A stretch of DNA of 64,000 nt from Podarcis liolepis. Its lineage: Eukaryota. The notes below the pieces were generated by a model. That model searched no databases. It saw only the letters and a program-made list of their open reading frames with translations, and was not told the origin of the DNA. This document shows positions 51,500 to 62,129 of the stretch, in pieces. The position numbers and the translations under genes were made by a program. The stretch is from the NCBI GenBank assembly GCA_965112155.1, contig OZ218100.1. One strand, given 5' to 3'. Each line of letters begins with the position of its first letter. The stretch's first letter is position 1.

Positions 51500-52750
51500 T
51501 TCCGGGCAGCTGGCTGGCAGGGCACATGCATGGCGACATGCGTGTTCGAGGCATCCATTTAGGGCCTTCGGTGCGGCGAGTGTGCCGGGAGGCGGCCAAG
51601 GACTCTCTCCTTCCCCCTAGCTACACCTCGTCGCCCTTCAACTGATTGGTCAGGGTGGCGAAAGATGGAGGCAAGTCAAAACGTTATCAGGCGCCGCTCG
51701 TCGCGCGGAAAAGACTAATGAGAAAGCGACGGCCCCGCCCCGGCTCTCGAGGGGCGAGGCGGGCCGCTCTCCTTGGGCCCGCCCAGCCGGCCTCGTTCCG
51801 GCCTACCTGTTTCCTCCCCCCGCCCCATGGGGGAAAGAGGCGGGAGGGAACGGGGAGAGATGACGGGCCCTGGTCCAAACAAGGGAGGCTGCGCGCAGTG
51901 TGTGTGTGAGGGAGATGGGAGCCGCCTCTAAGTCCCCCTCCCCCTCAGTTCCTCCCGCCCTTGTGAGGCAGACCAAGCCCCTCCCCCGCCTTCAGTTAGA
52001 AAAAGGGAGGGGGGTTGCGAAGGAAAGAACTCGAGGGAATTTTTCAAAAAATAACGGCGTCTGGAAGCGGGGGGCGGGGGAGGGTTGCCGAGCGCGCTAA
52101 CGAGGCTTCTCGCGCCGGAGCTCCGAAAGCTGGCGGTGGGGGGGGGGGGCCTTTGGAGGGAGCGGCACCCATGGCGTCCGAGGAAAAACCCGAGCAGGCA
52201 GAGAAAAACTCTGGCTCCAGCCCTCCTCGGGCCGTTCGAAGTCCTGCGTTAGCTATGGCTCACCCTTCTCTGAGCGACAGCTCCCGTTCGGCTCTCTACC
52301 GCTCGGCGGCCATTTCCAGTCTCGGCGAAGGAAAAGAAATGGGGGGTGGCGGGGGAGAGAGACAGAGAGGAAGGAACAACCATAGAGAGAGAAAACCACT
52401 TTCTGCGACGTTAGAATAGCACGATGGCATCACTTCCGCTCGGAGAGAGGGCGGAGAGGAAATATGACCTCTTTACCTTGCCGTCTCCGGCTACCCGTAT
52501 GAAAGATGGCGGTTAGAAGCGGCCGAGGCGGCGTGAGTGACGCTAGCTACCCTGGCAGGAAGTCTTCGGGATCACGTGATCTTTCCTTGTGTTGGAAGGA
52601 CACAGGGAGGGAAAAGCCTATGCTGCTGAGGCGCATGCGCCCTGTGGCGCTTTTTTTTTCTTGTTAGGTATCGTCTGCGCAACAAATCACGGGTAATAAA
52701 TAAGGTTGATTGCTCGAGTCTTCAGAGTTTTGCTATAGCTGCGGGATTAC
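51500..52750. promoter_or_regulatory. BCLAF1: BCLAF1 CpG island, exon 1 (about 52264-52410, minus) and probable bidirectional promoter
   Basis: CpG-dense; minus donor AGG|GTGAGC at 52263; YY1-type motifs at 52305-52315 (minus) and AAGATGGCGG 52503-52512 (plus); ETS ACTTCCG 52432-52438; E-box TCACGTGA 52572-52579; NRF1 GCGCATGCGC 52631-52640. Confidence 0.85.
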
Positions 52751-53865
52751 GCCATAGTTTTGGGGGAAACATAAGGGCAGATAATTTCGGGTTCTCATTA
52801 TTTTGCTCATTTAGGAAAATGTTCGCGCATAGGGTTAGCAGGGAAATTGTGTAACTGCCTTAAAGCCAGCCATTGAGCTGCGTTCCTTGGTTCAAATCCA
52901 GGATACTGTACAGTCTCCTACTTTGCACTTCTCTTTTTAGTTTACTGTGCCCTTCCTTGGGAAAAGTATAGAATGGCATTTTTCAGTCTTTTGAGTCCGT
53001 TGCTGCAAAAAGAATGAATAGTTCTGTGGCATCTTAAAACAAATTCATGCCACAATTAATTTGTTACCCTGTAAGGTGCCACAAGACTCTTCTTGTTGTT
53101 TTAGAACAGCGTTGTAGCATCACAACATCCATTTAATGTAGGTTGGACTGAGAGACAGCAACTTGTTTCTTGCCATCCAGTCAGCTTCTGTACCTTTGGG
53201 GCTAACGCTGAGCTCATTTCCCAGCCATCATCAGTTCCATCCCCATCAATCCCAACCATCATTACTTAGCATTTCAATTTCATAGAACCCATGTTTTAAA
53301 AATGGCTAACTGACCCTATCCGTTTTTACATGGAGTGTCCTGGGGAAATGATCCACTGTTATTGAAACCTAGACCTGTCCATCCATCAAAATGAAAGATG
53401 CTCCCAACCTCTCAATTCCTTCCCCACTCAAGGTTATGGTGTTTGCCTAGCTGGCATGGTTTTGCCATATATGAGCACTTAAGTCCACAAAGTGACTTGG
53501 GACTTTAGAGTATCCCTGATTCAACATGAGACACCTTATTAACAGCACAATCTGACCTGGGCATGTACAAACTGTCCAAATCCCTCATTTCACATTGTCA
53601 TTTAGGCTTCACAGAGAGCCAAAGCACACCTCTTGTAAATAAATACCTTATAAGCAACAATTTACGAAAGAAATAAAGCAGCTTCTGTCATCTATCGCTT
53701 GTACATTGTGGGTCTTTACAAAATTTAATAGGTAGGGAAAGAAGCCGTATTGTATACTTTATGACTCTCAGGGCAGAACATATCAATAGGTGGCACTCTT
53801 TACTCATGCTGCTATCGTTATATATCACTTAGTATAAGTTTAAGCAATTTAGGTATAGTATAGTA

Positions 53866-53995
53866 TGTGTTTTTTTCTGGGGGGACGCAGGGGTCCCCTA
53901 AACATTTTTTGAACCTCTGTACTTTTGTCCATTTACTGTATTTATTTTTCCCATTTTGAACAATAAAAAGGTGATTTTCTTGAGTCAAACCCCAA
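53866..53995. mobile_element. DNA transposon fragment related to 61945-62098
   Basis: Shared TTTTTCTGGGGGG-CGCAGGGGT...CCCCTAAACATTTT. Confidence 0.55.
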
Positions 53996-54243
53996 ATTTT
54001 CGATCAAGCACATCCCTGCTTGCTGTGCTGCTGAAAATGTTGCCCATATACAGAGCAGGACCTTCTCTGTGACAGCACCACAATTGTGGAACTACCTCCC
54101 ATTGTTGAAATGACTGCCCCCCCAGTATTGTCAATTTGTTGCCACTTGAAGGGCATTTATGCATTCAGGCCTTTGGAATAAATTGAATATTTGCACCATG
54201 TGGTATTTATATTTATTTTATGTAGGATTTTATGTACTGATTG

Positions 54244-54393
54244 TGATAGCTCAGTCGGTAGAGCTATGAGACTCTTAATCTCAGGGCTGTGAGTTCGAGT
54301 CCAATGTTGGGCAAAAGGTTCCTGCATTGCAGGGGGTTGGGCTAGATGACTCTTGTAGTTCCTTCCAACTCTACAATTCTAATATTCTATGAT
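54244..54393 (+). mobile_element. tRNA-Lys(CTT)-derived SINE with CR1-type tail
   Basis: TAGCTCAGTCGGTAGAGC..GAGACTCTTAATCTCAGGG..GTTCGAG head, then GGGGGTTGGGCTAGATGA..CCTTCCAACTCTACAATTCT tail. Confidence 0.85.
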
Positions 54394-54479
54394 TGGAGGC
54401 AGTGGCCAGGAAGTAAGGATGAAATTTGGCTTAATAGAAGTCAGGACAGACTAAGATAAGAAAAGAGGTGGTAAAGAAA

Positions 54480-54895
54480 CAGCTAAGCTACTTTAAATGA
54501 ATTCAGATCTCCAGGGCCTGATGAGCTGCATTCAAGGCTACTAAAAGAGCTTGTGGGTGTAATCTCAAAGCCTCTGTCTATAATCTTTGAGCATTCTTGG
54601 AGAACAGGTTAGGTTTAGGTCCCTGCAGACTGGAGGTGGGCAAATGTCCCCCCCCCACACACCAGGTAACTACAAACTGGTCAACTTGATGTAGGTAGTA
54701 GGAAAAGGATGCTGTGATTACTAAGACCCGTTATGTTTCCCCATCATCCTGGGGGAAAGTGGCAAGTGTCGTGCTGCAGGGTTCTGCCCCTAGGAGTTGG
54801 CTCCTGTGGTGTCCTTATAAGCAACTTGGGTGAAGGAATTGAGGGGATGCTCATCAAATTTGCAGATGACACCAAAGTGGGAGGGATAGCAAACT
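54480..54895 (+). mobile_element. CR1 LINE reverse-transcriptase remnants
   Basis: SPGPDELHSRLLKEL..ISKPLSIIFEHSWRTG and GMLIKFADDTKVGG, with internal deletions. Confidence 0.8.
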
Positions 54896-55561
54896 AAATG
54901 TTAATGATTGTGGTTGCATTTGTGTATTCTTCTGCGTTTGCCTACGTGAAGTATTCAAAGCCATTATGGCCGGCCGGCCAACCAGACAGTACTATTGTTT
55001 CTGTCTGGTAGAAACTGGAATTTCTTGTTAGTTTATTATTATTTTTTGTCTTTTCTGATTGGCAGCTCAGTTGTAGAGGTGGAGCCCAGCAGGTGTGCTG
55101 CCCTCACCCATGATGTCACTCCACAATATGCAAGCATTCTTTTGTTTGTTATCCCAGAGGCTGTTGCTGCTAGCCTTCCAAAACAGTTGACCTTATTCTT
55201 GGCATACAAAACATGATTTCTCTGCTACAGAACAGAGGTGGATTCTGAATGTACAGTTTTTGTTTGACCGCCTAATTTTTCTCTTTCCTAAAATAGAGGA
55301 AAGGTGATCACCCCCGGCTGCAGCCTAAAGTTTTACAAGTATTTCTTATGCTTCGCAAGAGAGAACAGCGGTTATATTTTGCTCAGCCATGCTGCTTGGA
55401 CACAGAAAGCAGCAGTAGCTTTTCCTCCCAACTTGTCTAGATAATTATTTTTTGAGATATCTAGATCACAATCTGCCAGTACAAGGGAACACAGGAGCAA
55501 CAGCGGGAGTACAAACTCTCAGTCTGCATTTCTGATTTTCTGTTGGATCCGAAAGTTAATC

Positions 55562-55787
55562 ATGGGTCAGCTGTGTACAAAGTGTGTCCAGTTGCTTTGT
55601 GACTTGGCTCTCTCAGTAAAAACACTGTCTTTGGGTCTGGTGCAGGATATTCAGGAGTGCTTGGGTCAGATCCATGAGTGCCCCTGTCTGAAGCGGAAAA
55701 ACTTTAAAACAAAGCAGCTATACAAGCCTGCCCTTCAGACCCAGGAAGAGGAGATTGCTCAGGAGTTTCTGCAGCAGATTGAAAGAG
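55562..55787 (+). CDS. Vac8-like coding exon 1 (MGQLCTKC...EEEIAQEFLQQIER)
   Basis: ATC ATG G Kozak context; donor G|GTGAGA; 226 nt, phase 1. Confidence 0.85.
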
Positions 55788-58700
55788 GTGAGAAGTTTCT
55801 GTTATGAAGGTGGGGCAGCCAAAGTTGGAGAGATGTTTACTTGAGCTCGGTTGCTTTGTTTAAGATCATGCAGTTCAGTGATTCTATAAAGTGAATGACA
55901 GAGAGCTGTTTATGCTTCTGCTCTTAAGAGCAATGAAGGGAGAATGGGGGAACCAGTATTTCACCAGCACCAAATATTCAGACAAAGCAGTGGATCCCAG
56001 TTCCAGGCTGATTGATTAATTTACTCTCATTCAGCATTTGAATTCCCAGTTCTACAAAAGGCATCATAGCAAGGGGTAGACCTGTTAGCCTCTTGCATAA
56101 AAGCAACAAGAAACATTGTGGCATCTTCAAAGACTAACAAACACTTTTGCTACAAGCACGAGCACTTTCCTAAGCCAACACTGAAATACTCTCTGTAAAA
56201 ACCTATTAGGTATTAGAGGATTGGATTTGAATTTATTATTTGAAAACAGAAAGACGTCAAATGGAATGCTGTCCACTTCTTCCAACTCTTAAGTGCTCCC
56301 ATCTTTTGTTTTCATCCTTGATAATCAAGGAAATAGCATGCCAAATCTGGTTTGCTAAATACAGTAACAGAAATCCAAGTTTGGAATGTCCCAACTACTC
56401 TCACAAACTGGCATATATAGCAACTTTCTTCCTCACATGAGGTTTGGACTGCAAAAACGAATGGGGGGGGGATTAATAGTTTTTGCGGTCATTTGTTCAG
56501 CTCTATCTAGTATGCTAATTTTAAATGAGAGAATATTCCTACATGGAAGTTTGTCTCTCTTGTGTTTTATCTGTTGCTTTAAATTCTGTGCATTTGGACT
56601 CTTCAGGTATTTAACTTCTTCTGACACAATTCAGACTCTGTTATTATCACATCTTTCTTAAGGTTTTGAAATGTCACCACTTGGCAAGGTCTCCCTGGAG
56701 GCTCTGAGGACCTTGGCGTTTTCAGAGAACCCTGGCTTGCAAAAGTCTGCTGCTCTCTATTACTTGAACATAAATCATCAAAACTGTAAGATCCATTCCA
56801 TACTCTCTTTTTTGAAAATTTGTAGAAACCTGGAGAAGCAAAACAATTTATCCCAAACATAGCTGAGTTGTGCCCAAGGCAGTCTTATTGGTTCCCTAGA
56901 ATGTGTGAATTGGGTCTAGCCCCTTCTAATGCAAGTTCTGTGGATATTTACTTGGAGCTCAGATAATGTGGCAGTAACTTTTGTTACTAGTCTCCCATTT
57001 TATTATTTTATAGAGGTGGGCGAGTGCTAGCTGGCTTTTTACTCATATGAGAGGTTGGCAGAAGAGGGGCTAGTAAAAATAAGTAATACAGGTTTAGTTT
57101 TCATGTGAGTTTGCACAGGCAGCTGAAAGGAGGGCTACAAGGTATTTTGAAAAGCAAAGCAGGCCATCTAGGTGTTGCTCTAAAAGCATCAACTGTTTGA
57201 AGATGTAAGGGAAAAGTGTTCCAGAAGAGCTTTTTACAATCAGCATTTCATCTCATTCTTGCAGTGAACATCCAGCTGCCTCGAGAGCATCTGGAAATAT
57301 ACTATGCTTTGTTGAAGTCTAATGACTTGGAGGTTCAGCAGATTTCATCGTCGTCCCTTGTGAATTTCTTACTGGAAGGAAATGGTGAGTAAATGCCCAA
57401 GATACCATAGCCTTAAGTCTCCATCAGCATCTGCTGTGATCTTAGGAACTACCACTGTCTAGTTGCCCTGGTATTTTATTTGAAGGGCAAGATATAAATT
57501 CCTATACTAAAAAGTGATAATTAGTAGAATGGATGTTTGCCCTGATAAAATGTGTGGGGTTTTTTTTTTTGGGGGGGGGGGGAGCATTCATTCAGAGGAT
57601 AGGTTTTGCTTACTTCTCGTACCAAAAGGGTGAGAAATCATTTATTCCGGTGTAAGATGTACTGATATTGTGTGCTGATGGCAATCCTTTTCTCTCTCCA
57701 GTATATAGCTGAATTAAAGGCACTTTAAAAATAACATTTACTCCTGCTTTTACTGACAAACAGTAACCAAGGATCATGTCGTCCAAATGGATCTAATTGA
57801 GCCAATTCTGGAACTGCTTGAGTCTGAAGATGCCACGGTCCAGTGTAATTCCTGTGCCTGCATAATGACACTAGCTGTCACAGGTGAGGAGTGTGCCCAA
57901 AGCATAGCGCAATAATCAGGTCCAGGGACAATGTCACATCCACACCTTGTGATTGGGAGGTAATGATGTGCCTTATCGTTATATAAATTCTGAATCAAGA
58001 AGAGCTGAATTCTGCGAGCAGAGTGGATTATTCACACTGGTATGCTATAACTAGTCGTGGCCAGTGTAGTGGGGCAGAGCTTGTGGAGGCACACTTCTGA
58101 CACCAGTTTGACTGCAGTTTACCTGGATGGCTCTGGGTGGTGACATGCTTGGTGCTTCACAGACGCACAAGTGGAGCCAATGCAGTCCTCCAGGATTGCC
58201 TAAGAACTGCCTAGTCACTGGCCCCATACTGTGCAATAAATATAAAGTTGGCCTTGGAGTCCTGGGTTCAAATCTTAATAAATGATGAAGTGTACTTTCT
58301 AAAGTCAGGTGACCCATAGCAATAAGCCTCTTCACAAAAACCTGATGGTAAACTCTTAACATTATTCCTTCTGCCACTAGGCACCCAGGACCCCCAACTC
58401 ATATGCTGCAACTGTTTTGTGCTGTCCACTCTCTGTTCTTCAAAGTGTGCCTGGAGGAACATGGATACTTCTTCCTCCAAAGACACCTCGTTGATTTCTA
58501 TTTTGCCCTGTTGTTTTGCCAGATGTCAGCCATGAAGCCATCGCAGCAGCAGGAGGAGTGGTACCCTTACTGGCCCTTTCTAAATCCTACGATCCAAGAG
58601 TCCAACAAAATGCAGTTGGAGCAATTTTCAACCTCACACAATCAGGTATTAGGCTGCAGAGGATTTATTTCAATGGGCCAAGTGCATTGACACAGAAATT

Positions 58701-61700
58701 TGTGGCAAGGGAAACTTATCGTCAAAGCTATTGTTTTCTTTAAAATGAAATGTTTTACTTCAAGTACAATGCTAAATCATGTCTACTCAGCGGGAAAGCC
58801 AATTGATTCCAATTGGGCTTATTCCCAGAAAATGCTATTTTTAGCTCTTAACTATGCAGTGATGATAAAGAGCATGTTCATTTGGTCAAAATAGCTCATT
58901 AGCAATACCACTCTTCCCTTGCAGAATGGATTCAGCAAATTTTGTTTCGACAAGGTGCTCTTCCAGTCCTCACACTTTTGTTACAGTCTCCCGACTCGGA
59001 AGTACAGGTAAACTTGACATTAAAACAGTTTTTGAGCATTCAAAGCTGTGGAAATAGTCAGCTGCTCAACTGAACCTACAGACACAGGAAAAGATAGACG
59101 AGACAGTAGTCTTTTAACATTTTAACTTCCAGAAATTAGTAATTCAATGGTGTTGCACATACTTTTACTTGGAGGGGGGGGTACTACATAGGGTTGTGCA
59201 CCTTGGAAATGAACTGCTAACCTCTTTAGTGAAATGAAGAAACAGGTCATTGCAGCTTGAAGAAAGGTGCTCGTTTCATAGTTCAGATTTGTTGTAGGGT
59301 TAAAGAAAATAGCCAGGGGGTATTCCAGTTCCTCAGTTCTGCTCTCAACTTTTGTTTGGAAATAGCTATTAATAGGCTCTAACCTGTTTGAGATTCAAGA
59401 ACTGAACAAATACTTCTTTCTCATCTTCAAATAGGCTAGTGCAAGAGAAATGCAAACATGTAAATACATGACTGGAGTATAGATTTTTATTCTATTCTTA
59501 CTATTACTCCTGAGAATTGTAAAGAGCCTCATGAAGAGCATTTTACGAATGCAAGGAATGCCATTTGCCTAGCAGAAGGGGACAAAATAGTGTGTGAATG
59601 ATTTGTTAAGAAAAGGGATCTGGTCATCTCACCGTTGCAGTATTCTCCCCCTTTGTTGACTCTTAGACATCCAGACTCTCTACACAATGATAATTTTCTA
59701 ATCATATAGGCAAATAGAGTATTTCATAGACCCATAGAATTATAAAGTTGGAAGGGAATCCAAGGGTCATTTCAATACATGCTGGTTGACACAGTTGGCA
59801 GGGTCTAGTGCAGGACCAGCACATTCTGTGTGGACTGTAGGGATCACAGTTGTGTCTCGTTGGACAAATATTCTTTTTTTCCTGGGACATTCCCAAAACT
59901 TCTGGAGGTGTACTACAGTGCCAATCCAGAAAATGCAGGGAGATGCTGTATGCAAATACTCTTCTCAATTTGATCACCCTAGGAACGCCATCATCAGTCA
60001 TGGTCCCTTTCATTTGCTGTGAGGTCTTGACCACAGTTTAAGAACCCTTGGCCACAAGCTTTCCTTTCTCTAAATCACAACACTTCTCCTTCTTCAGTAT
60101 TATAGCTGTGCAGCTCTGAGCAACATGGCCACAAACTCGCAGCACCATAAAGCCATGCTCCAAACCGGTGATAGGTTTCTTCTGCGGATGCTCCTTTTCC
60201 TTCTGTCTTCATCTGTAGACAAGGTAAAGCTGTGGATTATGCAGGTTTGTTTTACTAACAGCCTCCCTGGTTTATTCAGAAATATTATATTGATACCAGT
60301 GGGATGTATTTCCAAGTAAGGTACTGTATGCTTAGGACTGCAGGCTAAATATCTTGTGTTCAGGGAAATGACTGAAAAGATGCTTTCTTCAGCATGGGGG
60401 CACAAGAATACACAAAGGCTGGAGTTAGCCAGATGTGGCATCTTCCATGAATTTCTAAGAGATCAAACTCAGAATCTCCTACAGTCAGAGGGGATTCCAT
60501 GTTTAAATAATGGTGAGATCTCTTGGTTCAATATTTTCATTCTCACAGTGATGGCCTGGGAATATAGGGATGGGCTTTTTCCTAATCTCTGCCTGGGGAA
60601 GATTGTGAGGTAGTGTGGGGAGTAAAATTTCACAATTACAGATCTTCCCAAACAAATGCAAAATTAACTGGATTGTTCACTAAGGCTGCATACACGCCAT
60701 GCATTTAAAGCACGTGACTTCCCTCAGAGTATCCGGAGCACTGTAGTTTACCCCTCACAGAGCTTCAATTTGTAGCACTGTTAAACTACAGCTCCGTTAT
60801 TCTTTTCTTTTGGGGGGGATTGTCATGTGTTTTAAGTATGTTTTACATGTATGGTGTGTATGCACCTTAAATCAAGAGCAATTTGTTCTTCTGAAAGGCT
60901 ACACATCCTTGTACTATTAGGCACCCATAAGTAGCACTTTTTTGAGTATCTCTCAGATATCTATGGGGCACTCTCACAGTTGGCTTTAAAGGCTTAGTTT
61001 TGCCTCATGTTGCCACAGAGGACATGCTTACATTTCAACTTTACCCATCATTGACACATAATCCTGTCAGAACATTTTGGAGGTTTAGCAAGTATTGCAC
61101 GAAGCTATTTGTAGACCAGTCAGTTTTGCGGCCGTTTCACAGCCAAAAGTTGTTTCTCTGTTGGGTTCTGATTTCTTTGTTTTCTGCAACTAGGTTTCCA
61201 ACCAGGCTTGTGTCTGTCTCAGGAATTTAGCCGCGAGTGGTAAGTACTACAGTCCTAGCATGCTAATAAACGAAAAATTGCAGTCACTTAAAACATACAA
61301 AAATAGAACCCCCTCCTTCCTGTGTTTTGTACAGTCTAGCCTCTGGAAGGAATGTCCTCAAGTCACTCTTTGTTCTTTTAAGTAAGATGAATACCATGTT
61401 TTGGTTTCAGGCACGTGGATGGTGTGCCTTTTTTTTTTTTTTTTTGAAAGTTAATAAGTTAATAAACCCTTCAGTTACCAGAGGCTGTGAGAGTGACAGT
61501 ACTGTTGTTCTAAAGTATACCAACAAACACGGATTCAGTTTTTTAGAGAAGGTGACTGCAAACCAATCCAGCATTCAGACTGATGTAAAGATTAGTAAAA
61601 CTTGATTGACCAATACCTTACAATGCTCAAGGCACATTTCTGCCACAGATGTTCGGGGCGGGGGAGAGATCATGTGGAAGTTTTACACCATCTATAAAAG

Positions 61701-61907
61701 GAGAAAAGAGACTGAAGGAGGAGTTGGTGAAAAATATCCCTGGTCCCTGACAGTTTTGCTCATGTGCTTGTAATGAAAGATCTCTCTGTGTGTTTTAAAC
61801 TGACAAGCAAGATCATTAATATGGATTATAACTACAAATCCATACACTTCCTTTTACCATTCTTAAACTGTCAATTCTGTGAGGAAAAAGTAAACAAGAG
61901 TATGGAT

Positions 61908-61947
<40 letters not shown>

Positions 61948-62094
61948 CTTTTTCTGGGGGGTCGCAGGGGTATGCATACCCCTAAACATTTTGTGAATCT
62001 AAGTTTGGCCTCATTGAGGGGCAGTATTTCAATAGTATTCTTATGAATAGGAAAATGAGAGTACCCCTATACATCCCCCCCCCCGGAAAAATGC

Positions 62095-62129
<35 letters not shown>

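Noticed and set aside
51363-52419. ORFs in the BCLAF1 CpG island
   Set aside because: Same GC-rich, stop-poor artefact; no homology recognised.
54244-54316. tRNA-Lys(CTT) gene
   Set aside because: Stems are degenerate and it runs directly into a CR1-type tail, so it is a SINE head.
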